Position numbers and translations under genes: made by a program
Notes under the pieces: generated by a model
Seen by the model: the letters and a program-made list of their open reading frames with translations, nothing else
What the model was told of the DNA's origin: nothing
The model's database searches: none
Assembly: GCA_030867685.1 (NCBI GenBank)
Contig: JAQOWU010000001.1
Span: 62,001 to 126,000 of the forward strand
Direction: 5' to 3'
DNA length: 64,000 nt
From: Wickerhamiella versatilis
Taxonomy: Eukaryota
Part shown: in pieces, positions 40,377-50,493 of the stretch
How positions within the stretch are numbered: the stretch's first letter is position 1
Layout of the letters: each line of letters begins with the position of its first letter

Positions 40377-42692
40377 TTACCTCGCTGCTCGCTCATTCCC
40401 AATGAAGTTGATTGCTGAACCAGCCTTGAAAAATTCAATTTGGTCTTTTGACATCGTATGCCGTGCTTCAATATTGTATTGATCACCGCTGGGCTTGGTA
40501 ATACGTAGTGTCAAAGTGCCGCCATTAGCACCATCCTTGTCAATCATATCACGTAGATCTAGCGTCTCAATCAAATCATGGGAATTGATTTTGTCGTAGT
40601 CTACCGGGTTTGCGAATGTTAAAGGAAGCATTCCCTGTTTTTTAAGATTTGTCTCATGGATTCGGGCAAAAGACTTTGTGAGCACAAGACGCCCGCCCAA
40701 GAAACGTGGAGACAATGCCGCGTGTTCCCGTGCAGATCCTTCGCCATAATTGTCTTCAGCCACCACAGCCCAAGGAATACCTTCTGATTTCCAATGTATC
40801 ATCAAATCTGGTATCGTCATTTCACTTCCATCGAAATCACTTACCCTATTAGTTTTCCCCGTGTCGGCGTTAACAGCTCCAATTAGAGTGTTGTTAGAAA
40901 TATTTTCGAGATGACCCTTATACTTCAGCCAAGGCCCTGCAGCGCTGATGTGGTCAGTAGTACATTTTCCTTGGACTTTGAGCAAAACCCTGAGTATCAT
41001 TTCTTTTCCGTCCCAGGCTGGAAACGGTTCAAGAAGCTGGAGTCGGCTGGAAGTTGGGCTCACACTAACCTGAATAGAAGGATTCGGTTGCGGATCCCAT
41101 GGAGGGTAGAACTCTTTTCTATCTCCGGCCGTATAGCCACGTGGTGGAGACTCGTATCCTTCTGATGGAGGGCTGAACTTGAAGCCGTCTATGTCTTGGG
41201 TCTCGGGATTGAAGTTCGTGCGTCCAGCATATGCAAAAGCAGTTACTAGGTCAGGAGAAGTAAGGAAATTGAGCGTCTCTGGGTTTCCATCATTACGAGC
41301 CTTGAAGTTTCTATTGAAACTGGTAAAAATGGCATTTTTGCCCTTTACATCTTTCTCTCCTGAGCGGTCCCACTGGCCAATACACGGTCCACAGGCATTG
41401 GCCAGGATAACTGCTCCATTACGCTCAAAGGTCTCAATTAGTTGATCACGTTCCATTGTTGCTCGGATTTGCTCACTTCCTGGTGTGACAAAGAATGGAA
41501 CCTTCGGTTTTAGCCCGGCTGCCTCGGCCTGCTGCACCAGGGATGCCACACGAGTCATGTCTTGATAACTTGAATTTGTGCAAGATCCGATAAGTGCCGC
41601 ACTCAATTCCTGGGGAACATCATTCTCCTTAACAAACTCACCAAATTTAGACACTGGTGTGGACAGATCCGGGGTAAATGGACCATTAATATGCGGTTCC
41701 AGTTCGCTCAAATTAAGCTCAATAACATCATCGTACTCACAGCCAGTGTCTGCCGCTAAGTAATTTGTCGTTGCTTGAACCTCTGAAGCAAGCTCACCAA
41801 CGGGACCACGGTGTGTAGCGGTAAGATACCTCTCCATACCCCCTGTGAACGGAAACGTAGAAGTGGTTGCTCCAACTTCAGCGCCCATGTTGCATATTGT
41901 GGCCATTCCAGTAGCGGAGAGCGTCGGAACTCCATCACCGAAATACTCAATGATAAATCCGGTACCACCACGAACAGTGAGCTTGCCGGCCAAAGTAGTG
42001 ATTACATCTTTAGGCGAAGACCAGCCTTGCAAGTGTCCCGTAAGCTTTACACCTAATATTTTGGGCGCCTTGAGCTCCCACGGTGTTCCCGTGAGCGCAT
42101 CGACAGCGTCTGCACCTCCTACACCAATAGCCAGGGCCCCAAGGCCACCAGCATTTGGTGTATGACTGTCTGTACCCAGCATGAGAAGTCCTGGTGCACT
42201 AAAATTCTCGAGGACGATTTGATGAATGATTCCAGATCCTGGTCCCCAGAATTGTATACCATATTTTTCTCCGCAGCTTTTTAAGAAGTCAAATACTTCT
42301 CTATTAGTAGCAACAGCTCTGGAAAGGTCCTCCTCTGCACCATCTTTGCCCACGATAAGATGATCACAATGAATGCTGGCTGGGACATGCGTAGATGGCA
42401 TCCCGGCGGACATGAATTGCAGTAGTGCCATTTGGGCACTTGCATCTTGCATTGCAACCCTATCTGGCATAAGCTTAAGGTACGCTTCACCGCGAAGAGG
42501 CTCAGATATTTCCTCGGGGACAGCCAAATGAGCATAAAGATTTTTCTCAGCCAGAGTCATTGGGCGATTAAGCCGTGCTTTGACCACCTCTAGATTCTCT
42601 ACGAGCTTCTCATAAGGCGGTGTGCGACTTAAAAGACTTTTAGGGATGCGTGATCGAGCTGCAAAATGCACCCCACGATTCAACAAACCCAT
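40377..42692 (-). CDS. ACO2: Mitochondrial aconitase-family protein Aco2 (homocitrate dehydratase)
   Basis: DRVAMQDASAQMALLQF and ASIHCDHLI (Aco2-type), IGSCTNSSYQD, NACGPCIGQW; ATG at 42692. Confidence 0.92.
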   Translation of the reverse strand: MGLLNRGVHFAARSRIPKSLLSRTPPYEKLVENLEVVKARLNRPMTLAEKNLYAHLAVPEEISEPLRGEAYLKLMPDRVAMQDASAQMALLQFMSAGMPSTHVPASIHCDHLIVGKDGAEEDLSRAVATNREVFDFLKSCGEKYGIQFWGPGSGIIHQIVLENFSAPGLLMLGTDSHTPNAGGLGALAIGVGGADAVDALTGTPWELKAPKILGVKLTGHLQGWSSPKDVITTLAGKLTVRGGTGFIIEYFGDGVPTLSATGMATICNMGAEVGATTSTFPFTGGMERYLTATHRGPVGELASEVQATTNYLAADTGCEYDDVIELNLSELEPHINGPFTPDLSTPVSKFGEFVKENDVPQELSAALIGSCTNSSYQDMTRVASLVQQAEAAGLKPKVPFFVTPGSEQIRATMERDQLIETFERNGAVILANACGPCIGQWDRSGEKDVKGKNAIFTSFNRNFKARNDGNPETLNFLTSPDLVTAFAYAGRTNFNPETQDIDGFKFSPPSEGYESPPRGYTAGDRKEFYPPWDPQPNPSIQVSVSPTSSRLQLLEPFPAWDGKEMILRVLLKVQGKCTTDHISAAGPWLKYKGHLENISNNTLIGAVNADTGKTNRVSDFDGSEMTIPDLMIHWKSEGIPWAVVAEDNYGEGSAREHAALSPRFLGGRLVLTKSFARIHETNLKKQGMLPLTFANPVDYDKINSHDLIETLDLRDMIDKDGANGGTLTLRITKPSGDQYNIEARHTMSKDQIEFFKAGSAINFIGNERAAR

Positions 42693-42874
42693 TATGGATG
42701 GATGAGTCAATAAAAAAGGCCTAATGTCTACTGACGAAAGTCGTCAGCTATTATAAAGATAATGCTATTGGTTAGATCGGGGATGACAATATTAACAAGG
42801 CTAAGACCAAGTACCTATGTTTTACTTTATAGCGTGTCTCAGAGTAAGATGAGCAATATATATAATGGTAGTCA

Positions 42875-43780
42875 TTAAATATCCGCACCAGGCTTGAAAG
42901 TAAGTGGTTCCACCTTATCTCCTACACGAACGACGACATTTGTATCTCTGTGTATCAAACTCTCGCCAAAGGATGGTGGTCTCCCTTTTTCTAGGACCCT
43001 AAATTTTCCTAATGTACGAAGAGGCTCCTTGGATTTTCGGAATGTACCATCCACCAACTGTACAGTCGTCATAGAGCATCGCTCTACAGGACAAGCATTG
43101 TACCACTCATGGTCACCAATTTTTAGGAGTTTCCAATCGTCCTCAACCCAAGGCTCGTCGCTATCAACAACCACATTTGGCCGGAAATGCTCAGGAAGTA
43201 CCTGGAACTCTCCATCAGTAGAAGAATCTAGATGCTGCTGAAGAGCTTCAACACTGGCTGTTGTAATAAGGTGACAAGGATATATATCCTGGAACGAGGA
43301 TTGTATAACACGTGGCACTGACGCGGCAAAACTCTCATCCACATCGCTAGTGATTACACGCCGTACCTTTGGTGCTAGAAGAACTAAAGAAGAAGCGACT
43401 TTTTCCCCAACTACTTTACTGAAGAAGGACTTGATGTCGTACTTATCTGTAATGTTGGAGCTATCAACAACTTCACCCCATATTTCAACAGGAACACTTG
43501 GATCGTCCTTGAAAATATTACTTGGGTTCGCAGGAAGGCGAAGTTGTTGCCCATCATAGCTTATAATGATATGGTCGCCTTCAATAGCCGTATCAACCAG
43601 CACCAAGCGAGGATCTTGACGTTGGGTAAAAATACGGTATGGTGCACCATCTTTTTCAGGTGGTGACGCTAAAGTATACAAACGGTCATACTTAAAACCA
43701 TAACTATCAATCTCGCTCTCCTTCACTTCGATTCCCTTTAGGGATTTTACCGGATGAACAAATATCCGAGAGATGTGCAT
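42875..43780 (-). CDS. MOSC-domain (mARC/YcbX-like) protein
   Basis: IFVHPVKSLKG, YDRLY, FQDIYPCHL, FRPNVVV, EDDW, and RC carrying the conserved Cys. Confidence 0.88.
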   Translation of the reverse strand: MHISRIFVHPVKSLKGIEVKESEIDSYGFKYDRLYTLASPPEKDGAPYRIFTQRQDPRLVLVDTAIEGDHIIISYDGQQLRLPANPSNIFKDDPSVPVEIWGEVVDSSNITDKYDIKSFFSKVVGEKVASSLVLLAPKVRRVITSDVDESFAASVPRVIQSSFQDIYPCHLITTASVEALQQHLDSSTDGEFQVLPEHFRPNVVVDSDEPWVEDDWKLLKIGDHEWYNACPVERCSMTTVQLVDGTFRKSKEPLRTLGKFRVLEKGRPPSFGESLIHRDTNVVVRVGDKVEPLTFKPGADI

Positions 43781-43844
43781 GATTATTAAGTGTTATCAAG
43801 TTGCTAAACCTAGATAGATGATAGAGAACAAAAGATTTTTTATA

Positions 43845-44777
43845 CTATGTTGAGTTGGCCATTTCACTAAGCGGAATATCTTCTGGGGCCGTATAGTCTG
43901 CCTGGACGTCAACCCCGAAGTCTGAAACGTTCTCACCTTCATAATTTACCCAGCGATCCCACCTATAATACTCATGTTCGCGTGCTTTATCGGGGTCTGG
44001 AGGCCAGCGCTGAAGGACGGTGAATGCTTTAGGAAAATTGTGGCCATCCCCAGGTGCGTGGCCCCAGGGAAGTAGCCAGGTCCAGGGTGCTCCGAGACAC
44101 TCGTATATATTTTTCCAGGGGTTTATATCGAAAGGAAACACACATGACGGTCCCAATCTGCGGCGAGAAAGTATTCTTGCCCTTTCTTCCTCCCACTCCT
44201 CTATCTGTGTTTGGTTTGAAACTATGCCCCCAAGTACCCGAATAAAAAGAACACCAACACTGAATTCCACGAAAAGCAATGCAATTATGAGGAACACTCC
44301 AAGCCAAATGTCTCGCCGGGGAATTAGATATGCTGGTAGGTTCGAGGTCCAAATACTCCAATTCCACATGGTTGTTCGCAATAGGCCGTAGCCGTTGACT
44401 GCGCATACCCAGAATAAAAAGCGCACAAAATGGGGAGTATTGTTCCATCCAACACAGTTACGAGTCCATGGACAATGATGATCCATGCGTAAGACACACT
44501 GTTTACACTGCCTACAATGATGAGCTCGTTCTGGCTTCGGAGCCTTGCATTTAGCACACCATCCATCAAATTTTGTTTTTATGCTTTTTTGGGGGCTTCC
44601 TGGTGGCGTGAAAATGGCCTGCAAATACGATTCTGCCACCATCAGCATGCTTGCTACAAATAATAGCTTTTTGATCCTCGAATCATCCTTGAAAATAAGA
44701 AAGAAGGCTAAAGTACTGCATCCGGATATCAAGGCACACGGCACGATGATTCCAAGGCCCCATGGTGGGTTCTTCAT
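43845..44777 (-). CDS. PFA4: DHHC palmitoyltransferase Pfa4
   Basis: KPERAHHC..C..CVLRMDHHCPWT.NCVG.NN.PHF; NQTQIE.WE; FPFD; WPPD. Confidence 0.88.
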   Translation of the reverse strand: MKNPPWGLGIIVPCALISGCSTLAFFLIFKDDSRIKKLLFVASMLMVAESYLQAIFTPPGSPQKSIKTKFDGWCAKCKAPKPERAHHCRQCKQCVLRMDHHCPWTRNCVGWNNTPHFVRFLFWVCAVNGYGLLRTTMWNWSIWTSNLPAYLIPRRDIWLGVFLIIALLFVEFSVGVLFIRVLGGIVSNQTQIEEWEEERARILSRRRLGPSCVFPFDINPWKNIYECLGAPWTWLLPWGHAPGDGHNFPKAFTVLQRWPPDPDKAREHEYYRWDRWVNYEGENVSDFGVDVQADYTAPEDIPLSEMANST

Positions 44778-45165
44778 AGATACCAGTGGTGTCTATGTGT
44801 GCCGCCCTAACCGCAAACGTTCTTTAAAGTAGCTACAGACATAGAACCAGTCTCGTGGAAAATGGGTTTATGCAGGTGTATTGTGTTCTAATGTGTATGA
44901 AGTTCACTCTTGTACACTACATAATCTTCGTGGTTACTGAAAAGTTAAGATGTGTTCAATTGGAACACAAACTGTTCACATGAAACTCACTTCACCTCCT
45001 CAAAAACCTTTAAAATCAGGGTGTCTGAGAATTGCAAGGACAGCATGAATACAATCTCAAATACGAGCCAGCAACAGCAACGTTCCAATATATGTATCAC
45101 CTAACCCACGTGCACTTCCTCTCCTTGTATCTCCTTGTAGTATACTACGCTGTAGCGAAGCCTCA

Positions 45166-46929
45166 ATGGCCGGGAACAAGTTTCTAGCACATATACCCAA
45201 GCAAACGACAAGGCTAACCTTTGAGCCACACCTACATGTAAGCTTGAGAAGCAAGGCTTTACTGCGTAATGCTTCTTTGAACAAGGGATCTGCTTTCACC
45301 GCCAAGGAGCGAGAGCAATTCGATCTCGTGAGCTTGCTGCCACGCGTGGTAAATACACTTGAGGATCAGGTGAGTCGTGCTAGAAGTCAGTATTTGGCAT
45401 TAAAAAGTCCGATTCAACGCAACCAGTTCATGCAGTCGATGAAACGCCAGAATAAGACTCTTTACTTCGCCCTTCTTCAGAAGTATTTGAAGGAGATTAT
45501 GGGAATAATTTACACCCCTACTCAAGGTGAAGCGATTGAACATTATTCCCATCTCTTTAGAGAGCCTGAGGGTTGTTTTCTCAATATACATGATCCAGAG
45601 CGCATCTCACATCATCTCAGCCACTGGGGTGGTGCAGGGGACATCGACTACATAGTAGTGACTGATGCGGAGGGAATTCTTGGAATTGGTGATCAAGGTG
45701 TTGGTGGTGTTGGTATCTCTGTTGCCAAACTCAGCTTGATGACCGCATGTGGCGGTGTTCATCCTGACCGGGTCATTCCTGTAGTCCTTGATTGTGGTAC
45801 GAATAACGAAAAATTGCTCAAAGACCCATTGTACATGGGCAACCGACACCCTCGAATCCGTGGGAAGCAGTATGATGAATTTGTTGATAATTTTGTGAAG
45901 GTGGTCAAGAAGCAGTTTCCGGACGCTGTTCTTCATCTTGAGGATTTTGGCACTGCAAATGGATATAATATTCTCAATCGCTATAAGGATGAATTAACGG
46001 TTTGGGATGACGATATCCAAGGAACGGGTGCAGTTACCATGGCCACGTTGAAGGGTGCTCTTGGATCCATAAAAACAAACCTTCGTGATGCTACAATACT
46101 CATATATGGTGCGGGATCTGCTGGCATGGGAATTGCAGACCAGATTGTGGATAACTTGGTTACCTCAGAGGGATATAGCCTAGAAGAATCACGGTCGAAA
46201 GTGTTTCTGATGGATCGTGATGGTCTCATTACTCAAGGCATGAGTTTAAGACCAGGGCAGGAGCATTTTGCCAAGAATCCCCAGGATTTTCAGTCAGTGG
46301 ATACTAAGAGCTTGTATGAAGTCGTGAAGACCTTGAAACCGGATGTCCTTATCGGATGTTCTACTATAGCTGGCGCCTTCACTGAGCAAATAGTGAAAGA
46401 GATGGCTAGTCATGTTGAGAGACCAGTGATTTTACCATTATCAAATCCTACGCGCCTACATGAGGCATTCCCAGCTGATCTTATCAAATGGACAGATGGT
46501 AAAGTATTGGTAGCTACAGGATCACCGTTTGAGCCGGTTGACGGGCGTCCTATTTCAGAAAATAACAATTGTTTTATTTTCCCTGGGGTAGGATTCGGAG
46601 CGGTTGTGAGCCGTGCATCCAAGGTTTCCAAAGGTATGCTTGCTGCCGCTGTCGATGAACTTGCAGCGCAAAGTCCGGTGCAAAATGATCCAGAAGGAGC
46701 CCTCTTACCTGATGTTTCAGATATCAGGGAGATTTCAGCTAGGATCGCCAGTGCTGTTTTGAAACAAGCACAGAAGGAAGGTATTGCTCAAATCTCTGAA
46801 CGTGATGCCACGTACGTAGATGAACCTATTGAAATCCCGCAAGATGATGAGGAGCGTTTGGAATGGGTCAAGTCACAGATGTGGAAGCCCAAATACCGTC
46901 GTTACGTCAAGTCTGCCAGGTTCATTTGA
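45166..46929 (+). CDS. MAE1: Malic enzyme
   Basis: NKGSAFT, IIYTPT, ILGIGDQG, DDIQGTG, GAGSAG, PLSNPT, ENNNCFIFPG. Confidence 0.95.
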   Translation: MAGNKFLAHIPKQTTRLTFEPHLHVSLRSKALLRNASLNKGSAFTAKEREQFDLVSLLPRVVNTLEDQVSRARSQYLALKSPIQRNQFMQSMKRQNKTLYFALLQKYLKEIMGIIYTPTQGEAIEHYSHLFREPEGCFLNIHDPERISHHLSHWGGAGDIDYIVVTDAEGILGIGDQGVGGVGISVAKLSLMTACGGVHPDRVIPVVLDCGTNNEKLLKDPLYMGNRHPRIRGKQYDEFVDNFVKVVKKQFPDAVLHLEDFGTANGYNILNRYKDELTVWDDDIQGTGAVTMATLKGALGSIKTNLRDATILIYGAGSAGMGIADQIVDNLVTSEGYSLEESRSKVFLMDRDGLITQGMSLRPGQEHFAKNPQDFQSVDTKSLYEVVKTLKPDVLIGCSTIAGAFTEQIVKEMASHVERPVILPLSNPTRLHEAFPADLIKWTDGKVLVATGSPFEPVDGRPISENNNCFIFPGVGFGAVVSRASKVSKGMLAAAVDELAAQSPVQNDPEGALLPDVSDIREISARIASAVLKQAQKEGIAQISERDATYVDEPIEIPQDDEERLEWVKSQMWKPKYRRYVKSARFI

Positions 46930-47061
46930 TGGTGATCGTTCTGCTGATAGTCATTTCGAACGTCTTTTCTATCGCATGGGCTTAGGAAATTCTATAGCTA
47001 TATCGTTAAATCCATAAAAAATTGAGTGGCAGCAGTAATGTCAAGGAATCATAATGTAGTT

Positions 47062-48969
47062 CTATTTGGCGACTCGATCATATGAATACACCTGCCTACC
47101 GAACAGGCCACGATACAACCAGTCAAAGAACATGTGTAACCGCGAACGAGCAGAGACAGTTTCCGATAAGTAGACACCGCGCCACAGATACATAGCAACG
47201 ATTCCTCCACCGAAGTTGAACCCTACAGAGCTCTTTGTGTCAAAGACGGCAGCATTAGATATATATGCAAGCGAGCCCAGGTGATAGTAAGTAAAAGGTC
47301 GATATACGCATTGATCTATATCATTACCAGCAGCAGACTTCAAAACCATAGAGGGTCGCGCAACAGCAAGTCGATTGAGCTTGTTGCCCATGTAAATCCC
47401 CTGTTGACTTGCACGCTGAGCAGTGGCTGGCAAAGACGTGACCTTACTATCGACTTTTTGTAGCTCAGATCTTACAGTTTCGTAGGAAATTAATTCGCCG
47501 GGCTCATACCACCTATGAAGTTTGTCTCGCAGCTTGATGACATGCTGACGGACATGTGGGCAGTCTTTCGCGATTTGTAGAAGGGTTTTATCGACTGTAT
47601 CACGATCCATGTGTTGTCTCATCTCTCCGCTAAGGAGCTGTGACAGTTCCTCACAAAGGTTTGTTCGTAGGGTCGAGCAGTCACCTATTGCATAAACTTC
47701 ACCCGGTTTCGTACCAATAACGCGTAAATGCGAATCGGTTTCTATAGCACGACGGTTGTGCTGGGAGCTTGCGAGCTTGCTCATCACTCGCTTCACAAGT
47801 CGGGTTAGACCAACGCCAGTTGTCCACATGGTTAGCCCAGAGGGCAACTCATAAACTTGACGTTGACCATCAACATTTTTAGCGAAAATTACAGAGTCCC
47901 CGGTCACCTCCTGGACCCGGGAGTTCGTCTGCAGGTCAATTCCATCCTTCATAAAGCGCTTCATGGCGTATTCCGAGATACTTTCATCGTAAGTATTAAG
48001 AATAGCTGAACGGGATTGAATTACATGAACAGACGCCAGATTCACCAAGTGACGGGGGAAATATTTTGGTACATCTTCCTTGAGCAGATCGTAGATTTCT
48101 GCAGCGAGCTCGACCCCCGTGGGCCCCCCGCCGCAGACAACAAATGAAAGAAGACGACGGCGTTCAATGTCAGTAGTTGCCGGCAGAGATGCCTGCTCAA
48201 GATTTTGGCATATTTTCATACGAAGTTTTTGTGCATCCTCTGCTGTCTTGAACGGAAAACAGTGCTCAACCCCTGGGACGCTATGCGTATTTGCCGTGGC
48301 TCCTGAAGCTATAATGAGCTTGTCATATTTCACATAGAAATTCTCTGTATTAGGATCATTGCGGACCTCCACAAGCTTTTCATCGAATTCGACATCACTT
48401 GCTGCACCCTCCAGATAACGCCCCTCTTTTTTCCTGCACAGATCACGGATGGGCTCAACAAGGGAGTCTAGTGATAGTGTGCCAGTTGCTGCGGATGGTA
48501 GTAGAGGTGTGAATAGAAAGTGGTTGGTCGGGGAGATAACAGTGATATCATAGTTTCCTGGGTTGAGTGATTTCAAGAGAGAGACTGCTCCCCAGCCCGA
48601 TCCGAGAATGACGAGGCGAGGACGCTTTTCTCCCGAATTTCCCAATTCATCATCGTCCATGAAGGCATTAGCTATAGGTAGATTTTTTGGTCCTCCACGT
48701 TTAAGGTTCAGTGCGTCATCAGAGACGCTGCAAGAAATCTCAAGTGGTCCTTCCCGGTACGTGCTCGAATCGTATAAGAAGAAAGCTGCCAGGTAGATAG
48801 CCGGGATAGCAAGCCCAGCTCCGACACCAGTGAGCAATCCCTTGATAAACCTCATTCTCGGTTGTTTTTTCGGAGCAGCATCACCGCTATTGAATCTGCG
48901 TAAAGGCAGTCCACGGGTAAAAGCCACACGGTTCCTTAGTCCAGCCCCCAAACATCCTCGTGCAAACAT
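47062..48969 (-). CDS. Type II NAD(P)H:quinone oxidoreductase, long external NDE1/NDB-like type
   Basis: ILGSGWG and CGGGPTGVE Rossmann motifs, RGGPKNLPI, LPATAQRA.QQG, HLGSLAYI; presequence-like start at ATG 48969. Confidence 0.9.
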   Translation of the reverse strand: MFARGCLGAGLRNRVAFTRGLPLRRFNSGDAAPKKQPRMRFIKGLLTGVGAGLAIPAIYLAAFFLYDSSTYREGPLEISCSVSDDALNLKRGGPKNLPIANAFMDDDELGNSGEKRPRLVILGSGWGAVSLLKSLNPGNYDITVISPTNHFLFTPLLPSAATGTLSLDSLVEPIRDLCRKKEGRYLEGAASDVEFDEKLVEVRNDPNTENFYVKYDKLIIASGATANTHSVPGVEHCFPFKTAEDAQKLRMKICQNLEQASLPATTDIERRRLLSFVVCGGGPTGVELAAEIYDLLKEDVPKYFPRHLVNLASVHVIQSRSAILNTYDESISEYAMKRFMKDGIDLQTNSRVQEVTGDSVIFAKNVDGQRQVYELPSGLTMWTTGVGLTRLVKRVMSKLASSQHNRRAIETDSHLRVIGTKPGEVYAIGDCSTLRTNLCEELSQLLSGEMRQHMDRDTVDKTLLQIAKDCPHVRQHVIKLRDKLHRWYEPGELISYETVRSELQKVDSKVTSLPATAQRASQQGIYMGNKLNRLAVARPSMVLKSAAGNDIDQCVYRPFTYYHLGSLAYISNAAVFDTKSSVGFNFGGGIVAMYLWRGVYLSETVSARSRLHMFFDWLYRGLFGRQVYSYDRVAK

Positions 48970-49224
48970 TAAGAAGTTAGCTATGACTGCTATGGGTAAG
49001 GGCCAAACACACGAAATCTCCGATTGTCCGGCACTTCTCAAGAATTAGAAAAAGCAATCACTTTATGTACATTATTTCAATCATGATCATTCTATAACCA
49101 ATTCTGAAGGCTGACCAACTACTTTAGAAGATTCTGGCAAAAACCAATTCGTCTGACGTCTGTCGCAAAGCGTGCACAGTATAGATTAGTAATCTCATCC
49201 TTGCCACCAATCCAAGTGAGATAG

Positions 49225-50493
49225 ATGGGACTAAACAACCCGGTTCCGCGAGACCTGGGCAGCGAGGCCCGCAAGGCAGCTAAGATATTGACAAGTTTTG
49301 TTAAGCCGAACCAGATTGTGAATTATGAGGAGGTCATCCCTCCCCATGTTCTGCGTAATGCGAAGGGACTTGCAATCATTACTGTGATAAAGGCAGGCTT
49401 CTTGTTCAGTGGCCGTGCAGGCTCTGGTGTGATTGTTGCTCGCCTTTCTGACGGTACGTGGTCGCCGCCTTCTGCTATCATGACTGCTGGTGCCGGCGCT
49501 GGTGGCATGATAGGTGCCGAAATCACGGACTTTATTTTTGTATTGAACAACAAGGATGCAGTGAAGGCCTTTTCAAAATTCGGCTCAATCACTCTGGGAG
49601 GTAATATTGCTGTTGCGGCAGGACCCCTGGGCCGATCCGGAGAGGCAGCAGGGGCTGCTTCTACGGGTGGTATTGCAGCAATTTTCTCCTACGCCAAGAC
49701 CAAGGGGCTTTATGCAGGTGTATCGCTTGAGGGGTCTGTCCTCGTGGAACGCAAGGATGCCAATGCCAAATTCTATGGTGGGTCTCCCAGCGCAGAGGAT
49801 ATTCTTAGTGGCCGAATCCGGGCTCCCCGCTCAGTTGAGCCGCTATTCCGCATCCTGGATAGCAGAGCCTTCCGTTCAGATCTAGTCGATGATGACGACT
49901 TCAACTCCTCTATATACGACGATATGCCTTCCGTGGACGACTATGGGTCGACGAGAGGAAGCACCAGACGATCAGGCCGGTATCGTGACGACGAATACTA
50001 CAGCGACGATGAGGACGACTACGCACCTTCCCGCAGAGGCGGTGGTGGCGGTGGTGCGAAGCCCAGCCGTCGTTCTGGAAGATACGCCGAGGACGACTAT
50101 GATGACGATTACAGCGACGACGAAGACTATGGGTACTCGTCACGTAGCAGACGGGACAGGGATAGAGACACTTATCGCTCCAGGGATCGTTATGACCGCA
50201 GTGCGAGGTCGAGAAGAGACTACGATGATGAGGACGACGATTTGAGCGGCCGCATGGGTAGGACGCACATCAGTGAGCGCTCACCTCCTAAACCGAAGCC
50301 GCGTGCACCGCGGGGCGCAATGCAGGCAATTGCCTTATATACATTCAGTGGTGAGGAGTCTGGCGATCTCTCCTTCAGAAAAGGTGATGTCATTCATGTC
50401 ACAGCGAAGTCCGACTCGCAAGATGATTGGTGGACCGGTGAGCTTGATGGGCGGACCGGTATCTTCCCTGCTAACTATGTGGAACTCAGCTGA
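49225..50493 (+). CDS. YSC84: Ysc84/Lsb3 actin-binding SYLF-SH3 protein
   Basis: MGLNNPVPR, KAGFLFSGRAGSG, AGVSLEGS; C-terminal SH3 ALY...DWW.G...GIFPANYV. Confidence 0.93.
   Translation: MGLNNPVPRDLGSEARKAAKILTSFVKPNQIVNYEEVIPPHVLRNAKGLAIITVIKAGFLFSGRAGSGVIVARLSDGTWSPPSAIMTAGAGAGGMIGAEITDFIFVLNNKDAVKAFSKFGSITLGGNIAVAAGPLGRSGEAAGAASTGGIAAIFSYAKTKGLYAGVSLEGSVLVERKDANAKFYGGSPSAEDILSGRIRAPRSVEPLFRILDSRAFRSDLVDDDDFNSSIYDDMPSVDDYGSTRGSTRRSGRYRDDEYYSDDEDDYAPSRRGGGGGGAKPSRRSGRYAEDDYDDDYSDDEDYGYSSRSRRDRDRDTYRSRDRYDRSARSRRDYDDEDDDLSGRMGRTHISERSPPKPKPRAPRGAMQAIALYTFSGEESGDLSFRKGDVIHVTAKSDSQDDWWTGELDGRTGIFPANYVELS

Noticed and set aside
15852-43780. FCY1, NCS1 permease and MOSC as a nucleobase-salvage cluster
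   Set aside because: Separated by many unrelated housekeeping genes; no shared regulation is visible.
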